64,000 bases of DNA from NCBI GenBank assembly GCA_012295275.1, contig CM022669.1, positions 13,454,001 through 13,518,000 of the forward strand. Direction: 5' to 3'. Of the stretch, positions 1-14,118 are shown piece after piece (position 1 is the stretch's first letter; each line of letters opens with the position of its first letter). A model generated the notes under the pieces. That model saw only the letters and a list, made by a program, of their open reading frames with translations. It was not told the DNA's origin and ran no database searches. The stretch comes from Chrysomallon squamiferum (Eukaryota; Animalia; Mollusca). The position numbers and the translations under genes were made by a program.

Positions 1-1182
1 TGACCAGATTCCCCCTCCCCCTTTGACTCTACGTGCTACTGGATATTCCCTGGTAATAATTGTCGTCTGCAAGCGGCGCGGAAAACAGGTGTTTCTAAAC
101 GATTTCTGTAACCGTTCAAGGTCATCTCAATCTCGTAGCGACTGTCAATTACAGAGCTAAACGCGGCAGAATTTCTTTGTATGAATATGTATGTGTCTTG
201 CACATAACCCGCGGCAATCCGAACAGTTTAGAGGGAAATAAGTGTAATCACTTAGTACTAGTATATATATATATTTTTTCTTCTTCTTCTTTATTTTTGT
301 TGAACTTTTTCATTTTGATGTCGATGTACTTGTTTGATTTTATTATTATTATTATTATTATTGTTATTATAGTTATTAATGTTGTTGTTATTGTTATTAT
401 AATTATTATTATAGTTGGTATTATAGTTATTATTACTAGTACTACCACCGCAGCTATAGATGTTTTTGTTTTCGTTATTGTTGTTATCATCATCATTATC
501 ATTAAGTAAACTGAACAGAATTAGACTGAAAAAAATTCCACTTCTAGTTAGAACCACGTTCTAACCAGCTACAGCTAGCTGTACCGTCTCTATTTTATCA
601 CTATTTCTCCACAGACAAACGTAAACAAAAAAAAACGTTTTTTAAGCTGAGGAACACTAGTCGGGTTAGGAACTGTATAAGGAAACTGTACGTGTGAGAG
701 AAAACACTTGAGTGTTGCACTGGTACAGTTGTTTTGCTGGAAAACAGTTCGACATTTGAAGAAAGAAAATCAATGAGTCTGTCAGATACGCCCAAATTGC
801 CCCAAAAACTAATCAGCGACTCACCAAACCCAGCATCTCCATTTCTATGACTTTTGAAGAGAAAATCTAATTTCTCTCCCCTGAGACAATCTCGTAAATT
901 TCTGCTAAATCCACGTAAAGAAACTGATATTTTTTTTCTTATTATTATTTTTTTATTTTTTTAAACTTAGGAATAGATGAAAAGTGTTTAAACTCTTTCG
1001 TGGTTTCAGCATGCCGTGAAAAAAAGAAAAAAGAAAGTAAACAAATAAATATTAATGATGATATGAAATTAGAATGCTTGAATAAATCATTTTCTTTTAG
1101 TATTTTGTTCAGCTTCCTTTTTTTTCTTTATTATTATTATGATTATTATCATCATCATCATCATTATTATTAGTAGTAGTAG

Positions 1183-1221
<39 letters not shown>

Positions 1222-1690
1222 AACTACTACTACTGCTACTACTACTACTACTATTATTATTATTTATCTATTTATTTATTTATTTATTTATTTATTGTTA
1301 TTATTGTTATTATTATTAAAAAAATTTTGGCCTGTTTCTTTTCTTTCTTTAAATTATTAAATTAATTCCTTACAACCCTTATTCATCTTCAAACAAAGAA
1401 AAGAAAAAAAAAAGTAATAATAATAAAACAAAAATTTAAAGTCTAAAATAAAACTATTATTAATGAAATTAACTGTTTAATTTCTCAACTCACCGGTCTT
1501 GACTAGTAGATTCACGAGTATTGATTCAGTAGTCGCCTGCAAAAATTACCCATCACAGCAAAGTAGTTCTTAAATAACAAGAACCTATTTGTTATTTGTA
1601 AAATGAAAACCGTTTCCAAAATAGTACTGTAATGATCTAAACCAGTTACTGAACACTAAAGAAAAAACTCTGAACACACTATGTGTGTGC

Positions 1691-1692
<2 letters not shown>

Positions 1693-1774
<82 letters not shown>
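1693..1774. repeat. (GT)n microsatellite
   Basis: Perfect GT dinucleotide run. Confidence 0.95.
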
Positions 1775-1780
<6 letters not shown>

Positions 1781-2021
1781 AGTAATTTATGAAAGTGTAT
1801 ATGGTTGAGTCCAAAAGTTCATATTTTTGGTCAATACACTAAAGTAGGAAATTTATCTGTTCATTATTTTTTGCCTTTAATTATATGTATGTACATGTGT
1901 GTGTGTGTGTATATATATACATATAATAAAGTATAATAAAAACCAGTAATAGCCTGACGATTAAGGGTTACGAATAAACAGTAAAATAAATTGTAATCAT
2001 TATCATCAACGCCACGATCTA

Positions 2022-2060
<39 letters not shown>

Positions 2061-2608
2061 ATTATTATTATTATTATTTAAATTATTGTTGTTTTAATCG
2101 ATGAAACATCAGTTCCCTATTTACACCGTTGAACTCATTTGTAAAACATTAACATTTTCAACAAACGAATTTAAAAGGGCGTCTGCACGTTTTTCTCAGA
2201 ATTTTCTTGATAACAAATAAATACGGTATTAGGTACGGCACGACAACTGAGAATGGCATGACGTCTGAAATGTAGTGATTCTTTCCCCGTGAGAATGTGA
2301 AATATTTCAATGATGAATAACGTAGTGAGTGCTGCATTAGCAGAAGAAGGAGAAGAAAAGTGAAAAAGAAACAAGTTCTGAACTCTGGACTATTTTCTTT
2401 ATTGTTTGATTCCTTGGAGCTACATTTTCTTCACGTTTTTAGTAATCTGAAATCAAATTAAAAGTAATACGTGAGAGTTCACCTAGTGTATATTTTCTTT
2501 TTATAATTATTTATAAAATGAGACGAAAAGGAAAGAAACGGATAATAAAACAGATAATTTAAAATAGGTACAAAAATTAATAATAATAATAACAAAAACT
2601 AAAAGAAA

Positions 2609-2650
<42 letters not shown>

Positions 2651-2872
2651 AAAAAAAAAAAAAATGAAAAAATAAATTAAACAAAAAAAATTGTTTTCGA
2701 AATGATAACTTTAAGGCCAGAAGCCTTACAATAAACATACTGTGTAAAAATATTGTTTGAAAAAAAAAATGAAAAAGGTTTTGTTGTTAAAGGTCGTTTA
2801 AAATTCAAACAGCTAAATCAGGAATATTCTGAAAATTTGCAGTAATTATATTTTATGAGATGGCTACGTTTG

Positions 2873-2904
<32 letters not shown>

Positions 2905-3413
2905 ATCTGAGTCCCCTAGCTGTTCGCAATTAATAACAAACAACACTCGATTTCATCAAACAATGTCTTATTTAAAGTTTAACCAAGTGCAGAAATTAGT
3001 AATGGAATGAGCACAATACAAAAAAGAAACCTATAAATACGCACTGGCTATTCATTAATAGGCTAAATAAGAAGATAAAAAAAAATCGTAAAGAACAATT
3101 AAGAATAAACAGAAAGATTGAGGCCAAGCTTTAAAGTGGCTTAGTTCTAAATAACCTTCAGAAGAAAATTAATAAGAACTAATATGTCCCAGAGCTGAGC
3201 ACGATTAAGTAGTGTGTTTGCTTCTGTCAATTGCTTTCGGATTAATAAACAAAAGAATCTAGCCGCTAGAATGTACACGGAAGCTTCGAAGACGAACTGA
3301 AGTCGAGGAAAGGTTTGCTATATTTGTTTAAATATTCCTTTGAGAGAACTAACAGTCTCGTGAACAGTTCACCAGATTCATGTTTGATGAACTTTTACGG
3401 TGTGTATTTATGT

Positions 3414-3546
<133 letters not shown>

Positions 3547-5937
3547 AATTATTATATACATATTTTTAATTCATTGTGCCCGAAACTCGTTATAGCGTAA
3601 CAGTATGCAGATATCTATTTAACATTCCAAGCAGCTCTGCACGATTTATCTGTGAACCGCACAATGCGTTTTTTTCTGGATTCTGTGCTTTAGCCAAAAC
3701 AAAAACATCAAACTGTCTTTTCCAAAAGCGACAGCGGCAAACAAACCTTTCTTTAATCTTGTTACATATAATTCAGAATAACAGTGAAAGTAAAAATTAT
3801 TATAAATCTCAGGAAATTGTTAGATTTTTAACAATATTCTACTGTAAAATCAGCTTTGTTAAAAAGTGCTCCTCAGAAAATCGCTTGCAGCCCTTTCATA
3901 TACATGAACCTGTAATTAAAGTTATATCGATTTTAGTGACAATTTTTTTTGCTGATAACTGTTAAAAGTCTGTTTGTATCGTTTCCTAATTGCTGTGAAT
4001 CCTTTCTAGCATTAATTTCTGTTGATTATGTAAAACTGTAGTATAACTTTGAAAAATATAGTTTACACGGCCTGGTAAATCGAATATTATTATTATAAGC
4101 CATAACTAAACTTTATTTACTTTAGGTTTCGAGGGATAAAGAATTAGTATCCGCTATGACAGGCGACTGTCGATGTCCCAGTTAATGAAGAAAATTTTAT
4201 CTAAGACTACATTCAGTTTTATACGTTTGAAAATCTATTTTACGATGATGTTTTTTATTGTCAAAAAGTTCTTTGTGTTTTGTTTTTTTTGTTGTTTTTT
4301 TATTTTTATGTACGGAATTCTAAAAATGAAAGCAAAGGACAATGTAAATATACTATTTAAACAGGCTTACATTTACTGCCGCTAAATCTTTTCAAGATTT
4401 CAAATAATATTTGTTTTGTCTTCAGTGTGTACAATGCATAGTTGAAAGATGAATTTCCCCGGAAGAAGCATTTCATACAGTATCGATTTATTACTATTGT
4501 TTTTTTCAGCACAGAGACAAGAAACTGGTCATTACTTTCGAGGTCTAAATTCATTGGTTTTTAACTAGAAAGTGTGGAACAGAAATGTTCGAATTGTTTA
4601 ACATCACTTTTGTGTTAGAATTTACGTTTACATGGGGAGAGAATTTTGAGAGGTTACAAAAATGTAGTATTGTCTTTGGCTTCATAAACGATATTTTATA
4701 TATTGGTCAATGAAAGTACAGTACCCAAGAATCTCTAAAGAAAAAAACTGTCCATTGTGACAGACCAAGTGGTCTTTCTATTTCAGGTTAGAAACAAAGT
4801 AATGTTTGTACGTTTCTGAAAAGGGAAGTATAGGAATGTTTGAAAATCAATTCTACTTCTAACAGAAATTGACTATATTAAAAAAACATTAAAGCTATCG
4901 GCTAAAACCTTAATAATTCATTTTGATGCATGCGTTTTTTTTACATAATTTTTTTTTTTCGTTCATGTTTTTCTATTTCTTGTTATTTTCCCTGGTATTC
5001 GTTCTTTGTTTAAAATTTATTGCCAATAGAACATACATTTCTAATTATATTTTGTAGTGAAAACAATTTTTTTTTTGAAATCATTCGACAGCTGATAGTT
5101 GTGTAATTCATCCATCAACCGCTCTTATAAATAACAATTTGTGTTTTTAGCATTAAACACTGATGTTTTTGTTTTATGTTATATTTTATTTTATAGACAT
5201 TTTTTAATTTCGATAAATCTGGCTGTTGCCTTTTGCACTTTTTATCGTCATTCTTACGTTAATCAAAGTATTAGCGGGGCGAAAAAACCCAAAACATTTT
5301 ACATATTGCGATTTCGATGGGTTTTTGTCAAAGACGTAGTTCTTAAAGACGCGAAAGTTTCATTTCTTAAACTATTTATCAAAATGAAGCAGTAGACGCA
5401 TTTCGAGATTTATCAGTCTGACACAAATCAAATTCAAATTTCCATATTGAAAAATGTGAATAAGATTTAAGTTCAGTAACAAAATAAAACCATAAATCAA
5501 GTAATATGAGAGATGTTTTATCTTTAGTGCTGTCGTCTCCTTTACATAAATATTTTTTTTTAAATTGTCTAGATTTAATTAAAAAAAATAAAAGATAGAA
5601 TCATAGAATCATAGACACAAGCAGAAAGAAGTACAAGACGTATAAAAACACACAAATACACACAAACACATGCATCATTCAATGCACACATCCTGTATAG
5701 GATATAATAAAATATCCAATGCTAACTCTACAACAGATAGATACACATATAGACAGATTGATAGATATAGATCGATAAACAGACAGACGGATAGATAGAG
5801 AGTAGATAAATAAATGAAGATAGAGAAATAGACAGATAGCTGAAACAGAAATAGAGGTAGAAAGAGAGACAGAGAAACAAACAAACAAAAAAGACACAGA
5901 TAAACAAAATACACCTTCATATATATATATATGTGTA

Positions 5938-5995
<58 letters not shown>

Positions 5996-7500
5996 AATGC
6001 ATGTGCATGTGCGTGTGTGTATGTATATATGTGTACAAATAGAGACAGGCAGACATACAGACAGAGAGATAGAGACGGGCAGAAACAGATAGAGAGACAG
6101 CTACTCCAATTGACTACAGCTGACACAAGTGCACAACCTAACAGTTCTGGTTAATCTGCTTTGGACCAATTTTCCGTCGCTGTCATTTACAGGTTTCGCA
6201 CCAAACCGAACTGACCAAAGTGACACGAAATCCTGCTGGAAGACTTAAGTGAACAAAGGTTACGTAGTTCCTGGAAGATAAATGAATAAAGCGCTCAATT
6301 TATTTGTCCACGGCACGATGATCAAGCGAGTTTGGTCATCTGTCTTTATTCTATTTTCATCAAAGACTTCTTTCGTCAAGTTGTCATTTGATAACCGTAA
6401 TGAAATGCTCATTAACGGAGTCCCTTTGGGTAACTGCCAGTTTCGTTTATATCACCCACTTAACGCGTCGGGCTTCGAGGTTACCTTCGAGCGATGGTCT
6501 CAGTGAACGTTTTGAGAGAGTCAGTTTTGGTCATAATACATTCACTTAACCCAATAATCTTGCTAGAATGGGGTTTTTTTCCCTCTTTAATTTGTACTTT
6601 ATGTAAACGTATGTATGATGACATATTTCTGTTTTAGATGTGTACGAGTGAAAAAAAAAAAAGAAGAAGATAATTGTGGAGTGAATGGAAGAGTATGAAA
6701 AAGAAAATATGACGCAATGACAAGAAGGAAAGATGGATGAGAGAGAAAAATGAGTCTGATAGTTCGAGGAGATGACGGAGCAAGATACAGAGGAAGAGAA
6801 AGAGAATGATAAAGAATGATTCCCATACTTCAACCTTTTGTTTACTTTATTTTTCGGACTGAAGTTAAACAGTGATTATGTACTAGTATCTGCAAAATAT
6901 TGTAATAAATAAATTCACACAAACTTAAACGTACTTTATCAGACATCTACAACAATATCCTTTTCCTTTCTTTAAAAAAAAAAAAAAAAAAATTAAGATT
7001 AAAAAAAAAAAATACAAAAAAAATAAAAATATAAAAATAATGTAGCATTTCTCAACGGGACATTCTGATATAAAATGTGGTTATTGTTTTCATGTAGCCT
7101 CGTCCCGTCTTCACTTAGCTCCGCATCACACAGTTGTCTATCACTGCCGTGTAACTAAGCAATCTTAGCACATTTAACGCCATTTAAATTAACCCGTTTT
7201 ATGTATGATAGCAGTCTAATCATTTACCAATCAGCTCCGGTGACTGGTATGAGAAGTCGTTTCGTATGAAGACGCCTTAACCCGATGGGCGTGGATAACG
7301 AGCAATCGATAGCGCAGTTTGTAGCAGAGATGTAAAAACAAGATTGTGACTACGTTTGGGGGCAGATTCGATTTGTATGGAGAACACATGAGTTATTTTT
7401 GTTTTCTCTTGAAAACATGGCGTTTACCGAGCGCGTGAGTTGACCGGACTGGCAGACGTCAGTTGATGAAAGGTAGGTGTTGTTTCGCGTATGTTGATTT

Positions 7501-7538
<38 letters not shown>

Positions 7539-7601
7539 ATGATTTAATTTTTGAAAATTATTATTTTTCATACGTTCTTTTTATTTTGTTTAATGTTTGT
7601 C

Positions 7602-7688
<87 letters not shown>

Positions 7689-9851
7689 CTCTCAGACACA
7701 CATACACACACATATACAAATAATATTTTCTTTGTAGTTTTTTGTTACTTCAAATGCGAATTTATTATATATAACAAGTGAATCTATATATTTATATAAT
7801 TTTCATCTGCTTAAATTAATTAGTTCTATTGTTAGATTTGAAGAATATATTACAAAATAAAAATCAACAGAAACAGTAACATTGATAATATAGATAATAA
7901 AGAAAGAAAGAAAGAAAGAAAGAAAAAAGAAAGAAAGATTAAAACAAATCGATTATTTGATAATTAAGTAACTGGGTTTTGTTTTCCTAATCAGTTTTCA
8001 CCACGCTAATAACGCACTTTAATTTCCCTACTCAGCTATGAAGTACAAATCTGGCCAGAGAGCTAACGCTACTTCAGATTTACATTCTGATACTTGTCCT
8101 ACAGTATGTGACGGAAATGTCAACACCAAGAATTACTGGTTATCGTATACATTATTTCTGTAATGTGGGTAGTATCAGAAAGTCTACGATGATGGTTTGT
8201 ATTGAAACATATTAACACAACTGAAGGTCTGAGCACTTTTTTTCAATGGCAAATACGATATTAATATGGGTCAACAAGACAAAAACAAAACCAAAAAAAC
8301 AAAAAAGTAATTTCTTCTTAAAGGTCAGAAAGGGTCAAAGGTCTAGGTAGGAATCGCATCAAGATACATTCTTGGAATCTTCCCATCTGTAAGGTCGATG
8401 CCATAACCATTACTCACAGCAGACAATTACTGTCATAAAATCATTTATGGCTTATATATGGAGTCTGATCAATTAGAGAAGGCCTTTCAGAACAAAAGAA
8501 ATGGAATCAGTTTTAGACCAAAATTACAAAACGGAATTTTATTTACACGAAAATGACTACTTTCTAACGAAACAATAATTTCCTCTGATATATATATATA
8601 TATATTTATTTATTTAAATTATAGTTTGGTTGTAAGTACTATGGCAAATGTAAAACGGGAATTTCGTTCGAGTGCGTAAAAAGCCCCGAAACAAATCTAT
8701 TTTAGATTGAAAATATTTTGACTGTTTATTTTATTTTTTTATTTTTTCTTTATTTGTTTATTTATTTCATTTATCTATTATCTGAAAGAAGCAAAGAAAA
8801 AGAAGAAGAAAAAAAGTTCATAAAAATATCCTTGTCAGTTTTCTATTTTTGGCCTAAAATTGGACCGACTTATGAATTCTTCGCAGCCATCTCCATTTTC
8901 GAAATGTTTGGTCATTAAAGATGACTTACTTTCCTGTAACTGTTCTTCAGGGAACCATCAGAAGTATTCCTTCCCTGTCAGAGTTCTTCGCCGGGCCATC
9001 AATGCTCTCATAGTGTGTATGTTTCTGAGTAAGAAGACGCTATCAGAATTTCCCTTGTCGCTAATTCTTGCGACTAAATAGCCCACGGAGATACAAAGTG
9101 TATTGTTTCTGTTGGAAATACTCTCCGCAAAACTCTCAAGTTTCTGACAAGTGAATCTTGAGATGGACTGATGCAAAAAGTTCATGGAGAGACATTAGTG
9201 AAGTCAGTGCTGTTAGGATAATTGTTTGAAGCTTAAGAAATACGAAGCTTACGATGCTGGAGAATCGTTTAATGTTATAATTTATTACATAAGAATCGTA
9301 AAATCCAGAATCAGAGTTTTCATTTGAATTATGTTGCGAACTTTATTAATATATTAATATTTGATATCTATATGTTTATGTACCTGTCTATTTTTCTATT
9401 TGTCTATATATCTATCTTCCTACTTATCTGTCTGTTTGTCTGTCTCCATCTCTAACCATCCTTCCGTCCATATGTACATTTATCCATGCATTCATCTATC
9501 CATTATCTGTCAGTTTGTCTATCTTTCCGATATTTGTCTATTCAGATTTCTTTCTTTATCTCTCTGTCGATATTTCACCTGCTTGCTTTTCATTTTGTTT
9601 ATTTTTTTTTTTCTATCAGTTTTTATTTTAAATTTTGATTTTTATTTATTTCCTCATTTAATTATCTGTCTGTTTGTTGGTTTATTATTTTGATGTTTTA
9701 CATCGTTATTTATTCTTTCAATTCAAAAAAATAAAAAATAAAAAATAAAAAAATAATAATAACAATAATAATAATATGTATAATATGTATTTATTTGTTT
9801 CTCTTTAAATTGATTTTCTACAAGTCTGAAAAAAAAAATCAATATCAGAGA

Positions 9852-9940
9852 GTAAAAATCCTGTTTAAAATCCCATTGAAGGGGTAAAAATCCTATTTAA
9901 AATCGCATCGAAAGTGTGAAAATCCTATTTAAAAGTCATT
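9852..9940 (+). repeat. 32-bp minisatellite, about 2.7 copies
   Basis: GT(A/G)AAAATCCT(G/A)TTTAAAA at 9852, 9884 and 9916. Confidence 0.8.
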
Positions 9941-10671
9941 ACTCTGCGTCAGTAGGTAAAACGACATTTGTGAGTTGTCGTCGATATTATTTTATCTCGT
10001 GTCACAACGAGCGATTTCAGGATAATGATACTTTGCCTTTCGAAATGGAAAATGCTAACGCACTCTCCGAAGCTTATGTTCGCCTAGCCTCGCTCTCTTC
10101 CGGCATTCTTCGTTTACAGCGACACAATTTATCGCCTTCTTGTTTTGATGTCTAGCTTGACAATAAGCTCAAAGGATCGATAATGTCCTTTTAAATGTAA
10201 CCAATATGTAATTCATTAGCATATATGCGGTCATTGCTTCTTATTTGTCCGCCCCATTTCCTTTGATGAAGTCGTGTTAATTATATAGAATAACACTAAA
10301 TTTAAAAAAAGAAATAAAGAAGAAAAAGGAATAAATAGTGAAGAAGCCAGCAGACAGGCGGAATTTCAGTATGTAGCATAAAAAACCCACAGAAATATCT
10401 TATCTTTCTTTTGAAGCATTACAGGAGTTTTATTTTCTCTGACGAAACGGATTGACAGTCATTAGTTTCCATTGACAGATTATTAGTTGGTTGGTTTGTT
10501 AGAAGATACACTGTATGAAAACAAAAGTCTAGAAATGTGTTGTTATGGATTTTACTCGGTTATAGACGTAATTATTTAAAAATGACAAATACGCCTGTAT
10601 GTTTGAAGTATTAGTATATCTGTGTGTAATGTGTGTTTGAATGTGTATAGGTATGTGTGTATGTATGTCTC

Positions 10672-10757
<86 letters not shown>

Positions 10758-11627
10758 GGTGTTATATATATATATATATACTATGTCTGAATTCTTAAAT
10801 TATATTACGGACAGAAGTAGGAACCTTTCAGACGCATCTTATCCTATTCGTTGCAGAGTCAGCAGTTGATATTTTCTTATATCCCATACAGAAATTACTT
10901 AATTCCGTTTCTTGCGTGGTAAGTGAATGGCTTACAAAAAATGCCAGGTCCAGTTAATAGTCCCGGCTTTGTGGTGTTGCCATATCGGTGCTTGCAGTTC
11001 TCAGAAAAGAAACTGTGTTGCCAATCATTACTTGTTTTAGAAACAAATGAAGATGTAGGGAAAATCTTGGTCAGTCTTAATTTATATTCCAAATCTGTGT
11101 ATTCATTATAATGTGAGGGTTTGTGTGCATGCATTAATGTATGTGAGTGAAGGTTTATCTGTATCTGTCTACGTGTGAATGCGTGGGTGTATATATGTTT
11201 TTTGTTGACTAGAATTAATATTTGGTTCTAGGAAATATGCACTGTTTTCAATCAGTTGATGTTGCAGACGTTACCAGAAGTTATCAAATTAATTTCCTGA
11301 GTTACCGTTCAAAAACGAGAACCTGTGTCTGATATCATAATTTTTTGACTGCTTGACGTTGCTGCATGCTTTTCTGAAAAAAAGAAAAGAAATAAAAACA
11401 AAGTGTCTGAGCGTTCGCATCACATCCAGTCACGAGAATGTCTATAAACTTAGAGCCCACTGAAAAAAGGTTGTTAAGCTTTTCTTCAATCTTTATTTAA
11501 ATTTTTCGTTTTCTTTCGATTTTATTTTATTTTTGAAGAGTATTTAGATAACTGTTGTCTAATAATTTTTGTAGATAGAAAAAGAAATAGGACTCTTTTG
11601 TTCTTCTTGAAAAAAAAAAATCCGCCC

Positions 11628-11664
<37 letters not shown>

Positions 11665-11926
11665 AAAAATTAGAGAAAGAAAAAGAAATATCAAGAAAAC
11701 ACATGAAAAATAATCATTTCAGAATTTCTCTAAGCATTTCTGCATAAAACAGCAGTTAAATATTTTATGGAGTAATAACGAGTCTGTTTTCGTCTGGAGA
11801 AACGTAATTTATACAACGTGTCGCATTCGTGATTTCTTTTTTGTTTGTTTTTCTCGTGATGACTTTAATTTCCGAGTTGGAGCAGACTAATCATCTGTTT
11901 TAGTAGTAGTAGTAGTAGTAGTAATA

Positions 11927-12002
<76 letters not shown>

Positions 12003-12369
12003 AATAGTAAAGAAGAAGTAATAATTATAGTAGAAATAATAGCAGTAGTGGTACTAATTAATGTTATTTTTGTACAATAATAAAAAAAAGTTTCCTTGTG
12101 AAAATTTCTTTTGTGCATCAGTTTAAAAAAATGTCCATTCTTCGTCACCATTATGACCGTCATCGTCGTGATCTCATCATCATCATTACCGCTGTTGTTG
12201 TTGTTGTTCCTCTTCTTCTTCTTTATTTATTTATTTATTTATTTATTTTTTCTATTAATAATCTCTGTCCATAGCACTGAATAATTAAACAATAGATAAC
12301 CGTAATGATTATTCCAGGTTACATTAAATGCTTGGAATGAAACCATTAACACCAACAACAAAATCTCTT

Positions 12370-12406
<37 letters not shown>

Positions 12407-12946
12407 CTCCTAAATAGACAAATACATTATTTAAAATGCTGTAAAAAAAAAAGGTGAAAAATTGTTTGGTATATTTTGGTACATTTAATGAAATTTCGTG
12501 TAAAATTAATCCCGATTTCAGAGAACTTTACTGGTCAGAAAGTGTGTTAATTAAATAACTTGATAAGACGCTTCCCAATTATCAGCCAGAGACCTTTAAT
12601 GGCTTCCAGTGTTAAAGAGCAAATGTAGAATTATTTTTGAAATGCCATATAGTTTCCTGATTACTTTTATTTTCAGCAAAGCTGATGCAATATTAATGCG
12701 AATTCCTCCGCTGTATAATTAACTCCATCGACACTGTAAGAACTAGGTCTAAGAACAAAATAGTTCAGAAGAACTTTTGTTTTTATTATTATTTATTCAT
12801 CTATTATACGATAATATTTATTTAGTTGTGATTGTTGTTATTGTGGTTTCGAGGTTGTTGTTATTGTTATTATTGTTGTGTTGTTATTATTACTAAATTA
12901 TTATTATTGATGTTATTATTATTATTACTACTATTTCAGATTCGCC

Positions 12947-14029
12947 ATGTTGTCTACAAACGCAACGCCATTTGGACATAGTCCTTCCTCGTCAGAAATC
13001 ATAAACGTTACTGGATGGGATGTTTTGGCACGTGTTTTAGAAAAGCACGTGCCCTCTGCATTGATGATCGACAAATACGTAACGCCTATCTGGTGCGTGA
13101 TAGGAACTCTCGGCAACGTTTATTCCGCTAAAGTTTGGGCCATGCGCAGGATGCGGAAGTGTAACTCTTCTGCGTTGTATCTCGTTGCCCTGGCAATCAC
13201 CGACATCGTATTTCTCATCCTGCACGTGTTTTACGAACTTCAGTATCCTTGGAACAAAGCGGTACTCGACTTGCCCGTGTGGTGTCCCGTATGGAACGTC
13301 TTGTATATGACGTCACAGTACATGTGCGTGTTTCTCGTGATGACCTTCACCTGCGAGAGATTCATGTCAGTGTGTCGGCCGTTCGAGTGCGAGACTATTT
13401 CGAGTTCGTCGAGGGCGCCTAAAATAATATTTTCCGTTCTGTTTTTAGCGCTGGTCTTGGCGCTGCCCCAGGGCTACTTCTGGGAAATCAACCCCAGTAA
13501 CCAAGAGTGCCAGCTTCGAGCGGAGCAGTCCACGGAGACGGTCTATCTGATCTGGAACTGGTCGTCGGAAATGGCCATGTTTGCCGTCGTCCCTTTGGTC
13601 ATTTTGATTCTGAACATCTGCGTTCTGCGACAGATCAAATCTGTTCGGAAACTCTTCATCGACGACGTCGTGCTCAGGAACAAGACGTCACGATGCGCGA
13701 CGACGACGTTCACGTTGCTGTGCATCTCTTTTTACATAATCTTCACGAAGCTGCCAGTGACGATAGTGTTCGCGGTGCAGACGAACATGCAGCTGGGCAA
13801 AGTGATGACGCTGGAGCAGATGTCAACTGACAGCGTGTGGCAAACCTACTTTAATTATTTTCTCATCAGAAAAATTGTCGAGGAGATTGGCATTTCGCAT
13901 CATGCTTGTAACGTGTTTATTTACTACTCCACTAGTCATCTGTTCAGAAAGCACTCCAAGGAAGCCATTAATTGCCGTGAACACAGACAAAGACATCCAA
14001 AACTAATTGTATTTCATCCTATACGATAA
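12947..14029 (+). CDS. Class A (rhodopsin-like) 7TM GPCR, FMRFamide/sex-peptide-receptor-like peptide receptor group; single coding exon
   Basis: 360-aa ORF with seven hydrophobic segments. Motifs: TM1 GTLGN, TM2 LAITD, TM3 Cys (WCPVW) and ERF in place of DRY, ECL2 Cys (ECQLR), TM5 VPLVILILN, TM6 Pro, TM7 NVFIY. N-terminal N-glycosylation sequons NAT and NVT. The ATG sits in GCCATG, 7 nt after an acceptor TATTTCAG (AG 12938-12939), so upstream exon(s) are likely. Confidence 0.9.
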   Translation: MLSTNATPFGHSPSSSEIINVTGWDVLARVLEKHVPSALMIDKYVTPIWCVIGTLGNVYSAKVWAMRRMRKCNSSALYLVALAITDIVFLILHVFYELQYPWNKAVLDLPVWCPVWNVLYMTSQYMCVFLVMTFTCERFMSVCRPFECETISSSSRAPKIIFSVLFLALVLALPQGYFWEINPSNQECQLRAEQSTETVYLIWNWSSEMAMFAVVPLVILILNICVLRQIKSVRKLFIDDVVLRNKTSRCATTTFTLLCISFYIIFTKLPVTIVFAVQTNMQLGKVMTLEQMSTDSVWQTYFNYFLIRKIVEEIGISHHACNVFIYYSTSHLFRKHSKEAINCREHRQRHPKLIVFHPIR

Positions 14030-14082
14030 TTTTTTTTATCATTATTTATTTCTTCTTCTTCTTCTTCTTCTTCTTCTATTAC

Positions 14083-14118
<36 letters not shown>

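Noticed and set aside
1-45. C-rich run ending CTACGTGCTACTG, resembling a MITE terminus
   Set aside because: It is cut by the window edge, so no partner TIR or TSD can be checked.
6955-6964. ATATCCTTTT resembling a U12 donor
   Set aside because: No upstream exon frame or matching branch site and AC acceptor could be identified.
13507-13830. 107-aa alternative-frame ORF inside the GPCR, and antisense ORFs in the GPCR and CSPG4
   Set aside because: Expected by-products of stop-poor coding sequence, with no independent evidence.
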